A stretch of DNA of 64,000 bases, from NCBI GenBank assembly GCA_963719225.1, contig CAVRAY010000001.1, positions 2,496,001 through 2,560,000 on the forward strand. The letters are read 5' to 3'. Positions 50,959 through 59,923 of this stretch are shown here, in pieces. The position numbers and the translations under genes are program-made. A model generated the notes under the pieces. That model worked only from the letters and a program-made list of their open reading frames with translations, made no database searches and had not been told where the DNA came from. The stretch's first letter is position 1. Each line of letters opens with the position of its first letter. This stretch comes from Thermoanaerobaculia bacterium. GTDB taxonomy: Bacteria > Acidobacteriota > Thermoanaerobaculia > UBA5066.

Positions 50959-52310
50959 AGCCCGGGGCCTTCGCTGATCATCGCGAGGTCCGAGAAGCGC
51001 GTGTACTCGCCCGACCAGCCGAGCGTGAAACGGTCGGTCGGGCCGTTGCGCTGCTTGGCGATGATCACGTCGCAGATGTTCTTTTTCTCCGTGTCCGGGT
51101 CGTAATACTCGGGCCGCGACAGGAAGAGGACGACGTCGGCATCCTGCTCGATGGCGCCCGACTCGCGGAGGTCCGAGAGGACAGGCTCCTTTTCGGAGCC
51201 GCGCTGTTCGGTGCGCCGCGAAAGCTGCGAGAGCGCGATGACGGGGACATCGAGCTCCTTGGCGAGAGCCTTGAGGCCTCGCGAGAAGGCGCTGACCTCC
51301 TGCGTGCGGTTCTCCACCTTGCCGCGGGAGCCCATGATCTGGAGGTAATCCACGAAAAGCGCGTCGAGGCCGTGCCTCTGCTTGAGCTGGAGCGCCCGCG
51401 CCCGCATCTCGAGAAGCGTCGCGGCCGGAGAGTCGTCCACGAAGAGCTGCGCTTCGCGCATCTGCTGCGTCGAGAAGAAGAGCGCTTTCTTCTCCTCCTT
51501 CGAGAGACGGCCCTCGCGCAGGCGCTGCAGGTTCACCCGCGACTCGGCACACTGAATGCGGAAGCCGAGCTGCTGCGCGGACATCTCGAGCGAGAAGAAA
51601 CCGACGACGAACTTCTGGTGGATCGTCAGGTAGGACGCGATGTTCAGGGCGAACGCCGTCTTCCCCATGCCCGGCCGGGCCGCGACGACGATCAGGTCGG
51701 TCTTCTGGAAGCCCTGTGTCAGGGCGTTCAGCCGCGTGAAGCCCGTGGGCAGCCCCGTCAGCATCGTGCCGCGCCCGTGGATCTTCTGGATCTCCTCCTC
51801 GTTCCTCTCCGCGATGCGCGAGAGCTTCACGAAGCCGCCCTTGATGGAGCCCTTCGCGATCTCGACGAGGTCGCGCTGCGCGTTCTCGAGGACGGTCTCG
51901 GCATCGGGGGCCGTCACGGCGTCGCGGATCGCGCGGCGGGACTGGAAGATGACGAGCCGCCGGAGGGAAGACTCGCGCACGAGGCGCGCGTAGCTCTCGA
52001 CGTTCTCGACGTCCGGCACGCGGTCCACGAGCGACGAGAGGACCGCCGCGCCGCCCGCCCGCTCGAGCCGCCCGGTCTTCTCGAGCTCGCTCTGCACCGT
52101 GACGAGGTCCACGCCCTCGCGCCGGTCCGCGAGCGCGAGGCACGACTCGTAGACGAGCCGGTGCGCCTCGCTCGCGAAGTCCTCCGGCACCAGGAATTCC
52201 ATGACGCGCGACAGCAGGGAGCCGTCGATCAGGATCGCCCCCAGAAGGCTGCGCTCGGCGTCGGGCCGCGCGGGAAGAACCTCGGAATCGACGGGGGCGA
52301 GGGTGGACAT
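50955..52310 (-). CDS. dnaB: Replicative DNA helicase
   Basis: AARPGMGKT, FSLEM, VDYLQ, SQLSR, DLRESGAIEQDAD, KQRNGP. Confidence 0.97.
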   Translation of the reverse strand: MSTLAPVDSEVLPARPDAERSLLGAILIDGSLLSRVMEFLVPEDFASEAHRLVYESCLALADRREGVDLVTVQSELEKTGRLERAGGAAVLSSLVDRVPDVENVESYARLVRESSLRRLVIFQSRRAIRDAVTAPDAETVLENAQRDLVEIAKGSIKGGFVKLSRIAERNEEEIQKIHGRGTMLTGLPTGFTRLNALTQGFQKTDLIVVAARPGMGKTAFALNIASYLTIHQKFVVGFFSLEMSAQQLGFRIQCAESRVNLQRLREGRLSKEEKKALFFSTQQMREAQLFVDDSPAATLLEMRARALQLKQRHGLDALFVDYLQIMGSRGKVENRTQEVSAFSRGLKALAKELDVPVIALSQLSRRTEQRGSEKEPVLSDLRESGAIEQDADVVLFLSRPEYYDPDTEKKNICDVIIAKQRNGPTDRFTLGWSGEYTRFSDLAMISEGPGL

Positions 52311-52394
52311 CGGGGGCGCCTGTTTTATCTCAGTTCAGGTCCCTCGCGCGAGAGGGTTGGTGCTACGTCGGCGGATCCTGGCGCCACATCCAGG

Positions 52395-53270
52395 TCAGCG
52401 CGGAGAAAGATCCAGCGGAGTGCGGCCGGCCTCGTCCCGGCGCTTCGAGGCCGCGGCGACCATCCGGCTCCAGTTTTTCTCGTCGAGCCGGCAGGCCCCG
52501 ATGCGCTTTCGGCCTTCCGGCGGGCCGTGGTAGTCCGAGCCGGCCGACTTCAGGAGGCCTTCCCGTTCGGCGAGCTGCCCGAACGCATTCTCTTTTTGCC
52601 CGTCCTGGTCGGAATGGATGACCTCGAGCCCGTCGAGTCCCGCGGCGACGCCGAGCGTAACCACCGTTTCCGGGTCGCGGTACCAGATCGGATGCGCGAT
52701 GACCGAGAGACCTCCGGCCTTGCGGATGGCGGCGATCGCCTCTTCGAGAGTCCACTTGGGCTTGGGCACGTAGGCCGGCTTGCCGCGCACGAGGAAGCGC
52801 TCGAAGGCCTCGTCGAGGGACTTCACGTAGCCCTTCGCGACCATGGCGCGCGCGATGTGCGGGCGGCCGAAGGCGCCGTCCGCGACGACGGCGCGGATCT
52901 CGGCCATGTCGAGCGGCATCCCGAGGGCGCCGAGCTTCTCCACCATCGCCTCACCGCGCGTGTCCCGCTCCTGGCGGAACACCGCCAGACGGGCCTCGAG
53001 CTCGGGCTCTTCCGGATCGAGAAAAAGGCCGAGGACGTGGACGTCGTCGCCGTTGCAGCGCGTCGAGAGCTCGCTGGCGGTCACGGTGACGAGGCCCGTA
53101 CCCCTCGCGGCGGCCTCGAACTCGGGCAGACCGTGAACGGCGTCGTGATCCGAGAGCGCGAGCACGGAAAGGCCCGCCTCGACGCCCCGGGCCACGAGCT
53201 GCGCCGGAGGCTCGAGGCCGTCCGAGAACGTGGAGTGGCAGTGCAGATCGGCGCCTCGGAACTCGGCCAT
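52395..53270 (-). CDS. PHP-domain phosphoesterase (YciV/TrpH-like)
   Basis: DLHCHS..SDG, SDHD, GRPHIA, AHP, GSDYHG. Confidence 0.9.
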   Translation of the reverse strand: MAEFRGADLHCHSTFSDGLEPPAQLVARGVEAGLSVLALSDHDAVHGLPEFEAAARGTGLVTVTASELSTRCNGDDVHVLGLFLDPEEPELEARLAVFRQERDTRGEAMVEKLGALGMPLDMAEIRAVVADGAFGRPHIARAMVAKGYVKSLDEAFERFLVRGKPAYVPKPKWTLEEAIAAIRKAGGLSVIAHPIWYRDPETVVTLGVAAGLDGLEVIHSDQDGQKENAFGQLAEREGLLKSAGSDYHGPPEGRKRIGACRLDEKNWSRMVAAASKRRDEAGRTPLDLSPR

Positions 53271-53310
53271 CCGAGGATGGTAGCAGCGGGGCTCCTGTAA
53301 CCTCGCCGCC

Positions 53311-55017
53311 GTGAGACCACGCCGTTCCGTCTTCGCCGCGTCTCTCCTCGCGGCCGGCCTTTTCGCGGCTGCCTGCTCGATTCGCGAGCGCGCGCACACG
53401 GCCGCCGAGCGCGTCTCGCCGGATCCCGGGGTATCCGTCTGCGTGCTCTTCTTCGACGGTCTCTCGGACGAGGCCTTCTCGCGGCTCGTCCTCGAAGGCG
53501 CGCTGCCGAACATCACGGCCCGCATCGTGGACCGCGGCCTGAGGGTCCAGACGGCCGTGGCTTCGGTTCCGAGCGAGACCTACCCCAACCTCGCCTCCCT
53601 CGAGACGGGCCTCCTTCCCGGTCATCACGGGATTCCCGCGAACATCTGGCTCGACCGGAGGCTCCACGTCCGCGAAGCGCACACGAACATCCTGGGCGTC
53701 TTCTCTTCGACCGACTACCTCGCGCCCGAGGCGCGAACGCTCTTCGAGCGGCTTTCGGACGACACCGTCGCCATCACCGCGCCGATCGCCCGCGGCGCCA
53801 CCATCCACGCGCGGAACCGGATCTCGCTCGTCGCCTCGTACGCCCGCAACGACTGGGCGTTCCTGGACCGCAAGACGCTCGACGACGTCGGCGACGCGTA
53901 CTCCGGCGCCGCCGCGGCGAAGCGCGTGCCGCGTCTCGTCTGGGCGCACTTCGTCGGCACGGACGAGGTCGCCCACGTGAGCGGGCCCGAGAGCAAGGAG
54001 TTCCGGGCGGAGATGGTCGAGATCGATCGCGCCTTCGGGCGCCTCCTGCGCCGCCTCGGGCGGCGCCACCTCGACGAGAGGGTCCTGTTCGTCCTCGTCA
54101 GCGACCACGGGAACCGCTCCTACGGGACGTTCGTCGACGCGAACGAGCTCGTGAACCGCGCTCTCCTGGCGAACCCCACGGAGGCGGACTGCAGCGACGG
54201 GCGCTGCGTCCTCGTCCCGGCCACGCGGAAAGAGAAGGCCTACGACGTGGGCGACGCCATGATCGCCGTCGGCGCCTACCGGGGCGTCATGATCTGGCTC
54301 CCCGCGAACCGGCTGCCCGAGGAGGTGCCGAGCGCGTTCAGCGCCCCGCGGCGCAGGAGGAAACCGCGCCCGCCGAGCAGCGCACCGCTGAAGACGCCGG
54401 AAACGTCGCTTTTTGCCGCGACGCTCGCGCGCGCGACCGAGGTCAGGCTCGTCGTCGCGCGCGGCGCCCTTCCCGGAACGGTCGCTCTCTACGGTCCCGC
54501 CGGACGGGCCGAGATCGTGCGCGAGGACCGCGAAGGCCTCGAGGCGCTCTATCTCTACCGAGTCCTGGAGGGAGAGGACCCCCTCGGCTACTCCAAATCC
54601 GCTGCCGCGCCGCTCGTCGGCGCGGCTCACGAGGCCGACGAATGGCTCGAGGGAACGGCGGAGACGGAGTATCCCGATCTCGTCGTCCAGCTTCCGGAGT
54701 TCTTCGACTCGCCGCGCTCCCCCGACGTCTTCGTGTCTCCGAAGAACGGATATGGCTTCACGAAGGGCTACGTCGCGGGCCACGGCTCGCTCTCGAGGAG
54801 CGAGACGGTCGTTCCGTTCCTGTTCGCGGGCCCCGGCGTGTCTCCCGGCATCCTCCGCGCGGCGCGGACGGTCGACCTCGCGCCCACGATCCTGTCCTAC
54901 CTCGGTCTCGCTTACGACCCGGACGAGATGGACGGCGAGGACCTCGAGATCGCGCCGCACGGCGTTCCCCCGGCGGCGCCCATCCTCGCCACACCCTCCG
55001 GCGAAGGCGACGACTGA
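53311..55017 (+). CDS. Alkaline phosphatase superfamily (NPP/phosphodiesterase) lipoprotein
   Basis: Lipobox AAAC; FDG, PSETYPN, DEVAH, SDHG, GHG, DLAPT. Confidence 0.85.
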   Translation: MRPRRSVFAASLLAAGLFAAACSIRERAHTAAERVSPDPGVSVCVLFFDGLSDEAFSRLVLEGALPNITARIVDRGLRVQTAVASVPSETYPNLASLETGLLPGHHGIPANIWLDRRLHVREAHTNILGVFSSTDYLAPEARTLFERLSDDTVAITAPIARGATIHARNRISLVASYARNDWAFLDRKTLDDVGDAYSGAAAAKRVPRLVWAHFVGTDEVAHVSGPESKEFRAEMVEIDRAFGRLLRRLGRRHLDERVLFVLVSDHGNRSYGTFVDANELVNRALLANPTEADCSDGRCVLVPATRKEKAYDVGDAMIAVGAYRGVMIWLPANRLPEEVPSAFSAPRRRRKPRPPSSAPLKTPETSLFAATLARATEVRLVVARGALPGTVALYGPAGRAEIVREDREGLEALYLYRVLEGEDPLGYSKSAAAPLVGAAHEADEWLEGTAETEYPDLVVQLPEFFDSPRSPDVFVSPKNGYGFTKGYVAGHGSLSRSETVVPFLFAGPGVSPGILRAARTVDLAPTILSYLGLAYDPDEMDGEDLEIAPHGVPPAAPILATPSGEGDD

Positions 55018-55022
55018 TGCCT

Positions 55023-55958
55023 CTAAGGCACCGGCACCAAGGGCGAGTCGAACTTGACCGTCCGAGCGCAATCGTACGACCAGTGTCGCTTGGCCACGGT
55101 CTCCACGATCCTCCGTCCTTTCTCCCCCGGAGGCTTGTCGAACCTCACCACCGATCCGATGAAATCCATCGACAGGGAGACTCGCTGTCCAACGACCAAA
55201 TCACCCTCCAGGCCCGGTCGGTCTGCACCGATGTATTGGTCGCCTGTCAGCGGGCCGCCCACGTATTCGTCGCGTTCCGCCCCCAATCGATAGTAGCCGT
55301 TCTCGCGATGTCCATAAAAACGGTCTCCGACTGGATCCACGATGCCGTCCTCTTTCCAGAACCTTTGCAAGCCAGGCGGCAGTCCGGGTACGGGAAAGGC
55401 CGTCGGCGGAACCTGGTGCGATGCTCCGGTCGGAGTCCAGGTTTCGCCGCTCCATGCGCCCTCACGAATGAAAGCGCTTCCCCGGATCTCCTGACGATAT
55501 TCGTACAGCGAGGGATCCGGCAGCTTCGGATTCAGCTTGAGATCGATCGTGAAATAAGCCGCCATCTCGAACCTGCCGCGACGGGTGGGATGCGGACGCA
55601 TCTCCATTGGAAGAACGGTCGTGTGCAGGAATCGGACGAGGGGCGGGATGGCGGGCATGTAGATGACGCCCGGCTTGGCGCCCGGAAAGCGATAATTCTT
55701 GCCGTCGAGCGTAACGGCGGTGCACCCGCAGTTCCGTTCCAGGTAGAAGTTGACCACTTCGGGAATCGTCGTCTTGTAGTTAAACCGGATAAGGTCGAGC
55801 GCCGCCATTCCGCAGGCCGTGGCCACCGATTCCCAGTTCCAGTCGTTCCCGTGCTTGTCCTTGCCCCCGACGTAGAGCGGAACTCCCCCAGGCGGCACAT
55901 AGGACTGTCCGACGTCGGGAATCTTGGCCTCGGCCGGTGTCTGGATCTTCACGGCCAT
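55023..55958 (-). CDS. Hypothetical protein, atypical codon usage
   Basis: 311-aa ORF with GGGGAGG SD; visibly lower GC3 than neighbours. Confidence 0.7.
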   Translation of the reverse strand: MAVKIQTPAEAKIPDVGQSYVPPGGVPLYVGGKDKHGNDWNWESVATACGMAALDLIRFNYKTTIPEVVNFYLERNCGCTAVTLDGKNYRFPGAKPGVIYMPAIPPLVRFLHTTVLPMEMRPHPTRRGRFEMAAYFTIDLKLNPKLPDPSLYEYRQEIRGSAFIREGAWSGETWTPTGASHQVPPTAFPVPGLPPGLQRFWKEDGIVDPVGDRFYGHRENGYYRLGAERDEYVGGPLTGDQYIGADRPGLEGDLVVGQRVSLSMDFIGSVVRFDKPPGEKGRRIVETVAKRHWSYDCARTVKFDSPLVPVP

Positions 55959-56024
55959 ACGAGCCTCCCCCGCGATCCCGCGTATTTTGCGCCTCGAGGG
56001 TGCTGTGTTTGTTGCTGCACGCGG

Positions 56025-57479
56025 CTAGCGCGGGACGCGCCGGACGCGCACCGTGTTCGTCGCGCCCGCAGCCGGGGCGGCCCCCGAGATCTCGACGACG
56101 ACGGCTCCGGCAAGGCCCGGCAGGCGCGACAGGACGGCGTCGCCGGTGCGGATCATGGCCTCGACGCTGCGCGCCAGAGGAACCCGAAAGGACGTGACGT
56201 CCCTGAGAAGGGTGAGCTTCTGCCGGACCGTTTCATGTGCGGTGAACGCGAGAACCGGAATGGAGAGCGGGTTTTTCGACACGAGGCGCGCCGTCCTCCC
56301 GGACTCCGTGTAGACGACCATGGCGGCCGCACGCGCTTCGCGTGCCATCTCCGCGGCCGTACGCGCCACGACGGAGGAAAAATCTCCGCGCGCGGGAGGA
56401 GGCGGCGCGATCCCTGGAGACGCCCCGCCTTCCGGCACCTCGGCGGCGCGCGCGATCTCGGCCATCGCCTCGACGGCCTCGACCGGCCAGAGCCCGACGG
56501 CCGTCTCCCCGGAGAGCATCACGGCGTCCGCGCCGTCGTGCACGGCGCCGGCGACGTCCGACACCTCGGCGCGCGTCGGCGTCGGATTCTCGATCATCGA
56601 CTCGAGCATCTGGGTGGCGACGATGACGGGCACGGCGTGGCGCCGGCCCGCCGCGAGGATCTCCCGCTGGGCGCGGGGGACACTCGCGAGGCCGATCTCG
56701 ACGCCGAGGTCGCCGCGGGCGACCATGAGCGCGTCGGAAGCCGCGGCGAGCTCGTCGAGCGCGGCGAGGGCCTCCTTTCGTTCGATCTTGGAGATGATCC
56801 ACGGGCGACGCTCGGGGGCGACGCGCGCGACGAGCCGACGGAGCTGTCCGATGTGAGCCGCGCTCCGCACGAACGAAAGACCCACGAAGTCCACCCCGGC
56901 CGTGAGGCCCTCCGCGAGGTCCCTCCGGTCTTTTCCCGTCAAAGCGGGAGCCGACAGCGCCGAATTGGGGAAGTTCACGCCTGCACCGCTCTTCACGCGG
57001 CCGCCCACCTCCACGGTCGCGAGAAGCGAGCGCTTCGTGCGCTTCCGGACCCGCAGGCGGATCCGCCCGTCGTCGAGCCGCACGTCCGCGCCCGGTCCGA
57101 CGTCGGCGAGGAGGGCCGGATACGTCACCGCGAGGCGCACGGCGAAACCCGACCCGCCGTCGGAACCGACGCCCGGAAAGAGCTCGACGGTGCGTCCTTT
57201 CGAAAGCGTCGCGGTGCCTTTGGACAGGGTGCCGACGCGGATCTTCGGTCCGCCGAGGTCGAGGAGGACGCCCGTGGGAGACCCCCGCATCCGGGAGACC
57301 CGACGGACGAGCGCCACCCGGCGCGTGATTTCTCCCGGGCGGCAATGCGCGCCGTTCAGGCGCACCACGTCCACGCCCGCGTCGAGGAGCGCCGCGAGCG
57401 CCCCGGTCTTCTCCGCGTTCGAGGCGATCGTCGCGACGATGCGCGTCGCCCGCCCCCGGGCCCGCTTTTCGTGTGCCAT
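56025..57479 (-). CDS. pyk: Pyruvate kinase
   Basis: DLGGPKIR, SKIE, MVARGDLG, ATQMLESM, MLSGETA. Confidence 0.94.
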   Translation of the reverse strand: MAHEKRARGRATRIVATIASNAEKTGALAALLDAGVDVVRLNGAHCRPGEITRRVALVRRVSRMRGSPTGVLLDLGGPKIRVGTLSKGTATLSKGRTVELFPGVGSDGGSGFAVRLAVTYPALLADVGPGADVRLDDGRIRLRVRKRTKRSLLATVEVGGRVKSGAGVNFPNSALSAPALTGKDRRDLAEGLTAGVDFVGLSFVRSAAHIGQLRRLVARVAPERRPWIISKIERKEALAALDELAAASDALMVARGDLGVEIGLASVPRAQREILAAGRRHAVPVIVATQMLESMIENPTPTRAEVSDVAGAVHDGADAVMLSGETAVGLWPVEAVEAMAEIARAAEVPEGGASPGIAPPPPARGDFSSVVARTAAEMAREARAAAMVVYTESGRTARLVSKNPLSIPVLAFTAHETVRQKLTLLRDVTSFRVPLARSVEAMIRTGDAVLSRLPGLAGAVVVEISGAAPAAGATNTVRVRRVPR

Positions 57480-57510
57480 CCGCACCCGCCTTCCCCCGTA
57501 TGATGCCCGC

Positions 57511-58137
57511 ATGAGCGATTTCCCCTCCCCGTCTTCCCATGCCGCCATCCTCGAAAACGGCGATCTTCCCGACCCCCGCGTCGACCAGATCGCCGGCCAC
57601 GTGAAGGAGATCATCCGCATCCTCGGGCTCTGCCCCGACCGGGATGCGAACCTCATCAATACCGACCGGCGTGTCGCCCGGATGTATCTCGACATCTTCT
57701 CCGGGCTCGACGAGGGCACCCGGCCGAAGCTCACGACCTTCCCGAACGAAGAGCACTACACGTCGATGGTCATGGAGAAGCAGATCCCCTTCTATTCCAT
57801 GTGCGCCCACCACTTCGTGCCGTTCTACGGGCACGGCCACATCGCCTACATCCCGAACGACACGATCGTCGGCCTGTCGAAGCTGCCGCGGCTCCTGGAG
57901 TTCTACGCGCGGCGTCCGCAGGTCCAGGAGCGGCTCACCGAGCAGGTCGCGGCCGTCCTCGAGGAGGAGCTGAGGCCTCAGGGGGTCATGGTGGTCATCG
58001 AGGCCCGGCATCTCTGCGTCGAGATGCGCGGTGTCAAGAAGCCCGGCGCCGTGACCGTCACGTCGGCGATCCGGGGGATCTTCCTGCAGAAGGCGGTCCG
58101 CGAAGAGTTTCTGGACCTCCTCAGACGTCCGGCCTGA
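57511..58137 (+). CDS. folE: GTP cyclohydrolase I
   Basis: SMCAHHFVPF, GLSKL, QVQERLT, HLCVEMRG. Confidence 0.95.
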   Translation: MSDFPSPSSHAAILENGDLPDPRVDQIAGHVKEIIRILGLCPDRDANLINTDRRVARMYLDIFSGLDEGTRPKLTTFPNEEHYTSMVMEKQIPFYSMCAHHFVPFYGHGHIAYIPNDTIVGLSKLPRLLEFYARRPQVQERLTEQVAAVLEEELRPQGVMVVIEARHLCVEMRGVKKPGAVTVTSAIRGIFLQKAVREEFLDLLRRPA

Positions 58138-58184
58138 AGAACCTTCCTCTCGCTCGGGCGTCTCACGTTCCGAGGAGGACCTCC

Positions 58185-59075
58185 ATGAGCCGTGCCGCCG
58201 CCGTTCCCGCGCTTCTCGCCGCCCTCGTTCTGTCCCTCCCCGCTGCCGCCGAGCGCACCGTCACGATCGAAGGGAACGACGGGTCGGGCTGTTCGGGCGT
58301 CCACATGCACTTCGGCGACCGGACCACGGCCCGGGGCGAGGAGACGATCACGCTCTCGCGCCGGGACGCGAAGGGGCTCGTTCTCGAGGGCTCGCGGAAC
58401 GGGGGTATCACCGTCCGCGGCGCCGACGTGGGCGAGTTCAAGGTCACGGCATGCACCGCCGCGGCGGGCGACGACGACGCTTCCGCCCGCGCCGTCCTCT
58501 CGAAGGTCGTCCTCCGCTCGTCGGGCGGCCGCGTCACGATCGATGGCCCCGCCGGCGAACACTGGACGGGATTCCTGATCGTGACGGCCCCGAAAGACGC
58601 AGACTTCTCGGTCGATGCCTCGAACGGCCCCGTCTCGTTGACCGGACTCTCGGGCACTCTCACCGTGAGCACGGAGAATGGGCCGGTTTCGCTTTCGAAC
58701 CTGACGGGCTCTGCCGACGTCGAAGCCGCGAACGGCCCCGTCTCGTTGAAAGGCTCCTCTGGTGACGTGAAGATCCACGCCGTGAACGGCCCCCTCACGA
58801 TCGCCCTCACGGGGACGCGGTGGGAAGGCAAGGGACTCGACGCCACCGCGAAGAACGGCCCGCTCACCCTGAAAGTGCCGGACGGATTCGCTTCGGGCGT
58901 GAGGGTCGAGACCTCCTCGCACTCCCCCTTTACCTGCCGGGGTGCTGCCTGCGAAAGCGCGCGGCGCCAGGACGGAAACCGCACGCGGCTCTTCGAGATC
59001 GGGAACGAGAACGCGACCGTGAGGATCTCGACGGCGAACGGCCCCGTCTCGATCGTCAGCGCGAACCGCTCCTGA
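58185..59075 (+). CDS. DUF4097-like beta-strand-repeat secreted protein
   Basis: Signal peptide; repeated xxNGPV/L units. Confidence 0.8.
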   Translation: MSRAAAVPALLAALVLSLPAAAERTVTIEGNDGSGCSGVHMHFGDRTTARGEETITLSRRDAKGLVLEGSRNGGITVRGADVGEFKVTACTAAAGDDDASARAVLSKVVLRSSGGRVTIDGPAGEHWTGFLIVTAPKDADFSVDASNGPVSLTGLSGTLTVSTENGPVSLSNLTGSADVEAANGPVSLKGSSGDVKIHAVNGPLTIALTGTRWEGKGLDATAKNGPLTLKVPDGFASGVRVETSSHSPFTCRGAACESARRQDGNRTRLFEIGNENATVRISTANGPVSIVSANRS

Positions 59076-59817
59076 GCCTGACGGCCGCCTCGAGGCCTCG
59101 GAGGGTCCGCACCCCGTGCCAGCAGAAGTCGTCGCCCGACACGAGGACGACGCGCGCCGTGGCGGGCAGCCGCTCGCGCCAGAACGCGGCGTCGCGCTCG
59201 CGGAAGCGGTAGGGCTCGTCGGGGAGGATCAGGACGTCCGGACGCGCAGCCACGATCGCATCCACGTCCGTCACCGGATAGTCAGACCCTTCGCCGTTTA
59301 TTTCTTCGAATGAGGAAGAGCCGCCGACTCGGCGAAGCAAATCCGCGATGTACGTGCGGGGGCCGACGGTCATCCAGGGGTCCTTCCAGATCAGATAGAC
59401 GTACCGAAAGCGCGGCGCCGACGCACCGCGCAGGCCCGCCTCGACGCGCTCCAGAGCCGCCTCCACCTTCGTAGAAATCTCTTCCGATTCTTCTCTCTTA
59501 CCCGTCAGCGCACCGAAGTGCCGCAGGAGGCTCGGGACCTCCGCGACGGTCCTCGGGTGCGAGACGTCCACCCGGATCTCTCTTTTGAGCTGATCGATGT
59601 CTTCAGCCCTGTTTTCCTCCCCATTACAGAAGACGAGATCGGGCCTGGCCGCACGGATCGCCGCGAGGTCGGGGTTCTTCGTGCCTCCGACCCGCGGGAG
59701 GCCTTTGAGCGCCTCGCGCGGGTGGATGCAGTAGCGCGTGACGCCGGCGAGGCTCTCGGCGAGGCCCATCGCGACGAGGCTCTCCGTGATCGACGGGCAG
59801 AGCGAGACGATGCGCAC
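59056..59817 (-). CDS. Helical-backbone metal receptor (BtuF-like), no signal peptide
   Basis: RIVSLCPSITE, GVTRYCIHP, VGGTKNP, EEN. Confidence 0.85.
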   Translation of the reverse strand: MRIVSLCPSITESLVAMGLAESLAGVTRYCIHPREALKGLPRVGGTKNPDLAAIRAARPDLVFCNGEENRAEDIDQLKREIRVDVSHPRTVAEVPSLLRHFGALTGKREESEEISTKVEAALERVEAGLRGASAPRFRYVYLIWKDPWMTVGPRTYIADLLRRVGGSSSFEEINGEGSDYPVTDVDAIVAARPDVLILPDEPYRFRERDAAFWRERLPATARVVLVSGDDFCWHGVRTLRGLEAAVRLRSGSR

Positions 59818-59923
59818 ACCGCGATTCTTCCATGCGCGCCCGCGCCGCGTTAAGATCGCATCTCATCTTGCCGCGGGCCCGCCAGGGCCGAGGATGGGTC
59901 GCGGCCCCGGAGGAAAAACAAGC

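Noticed and set aside
27261-59490. The repeated motif as canonical parS, dif, KOPS or a known uptake sequence
   Set aside because: No match to TGTTTCACGTGAAACA, XerC/D arms, GGGNAGGG or the Neisseria/Pasteurellaceae uptake sequences; kept as an unknown motif.
59056-59817. Signal-less BtuF-like protein as a novelty
   Set aside because: Stand-alone members of this family are common; nothing further supports a new system.
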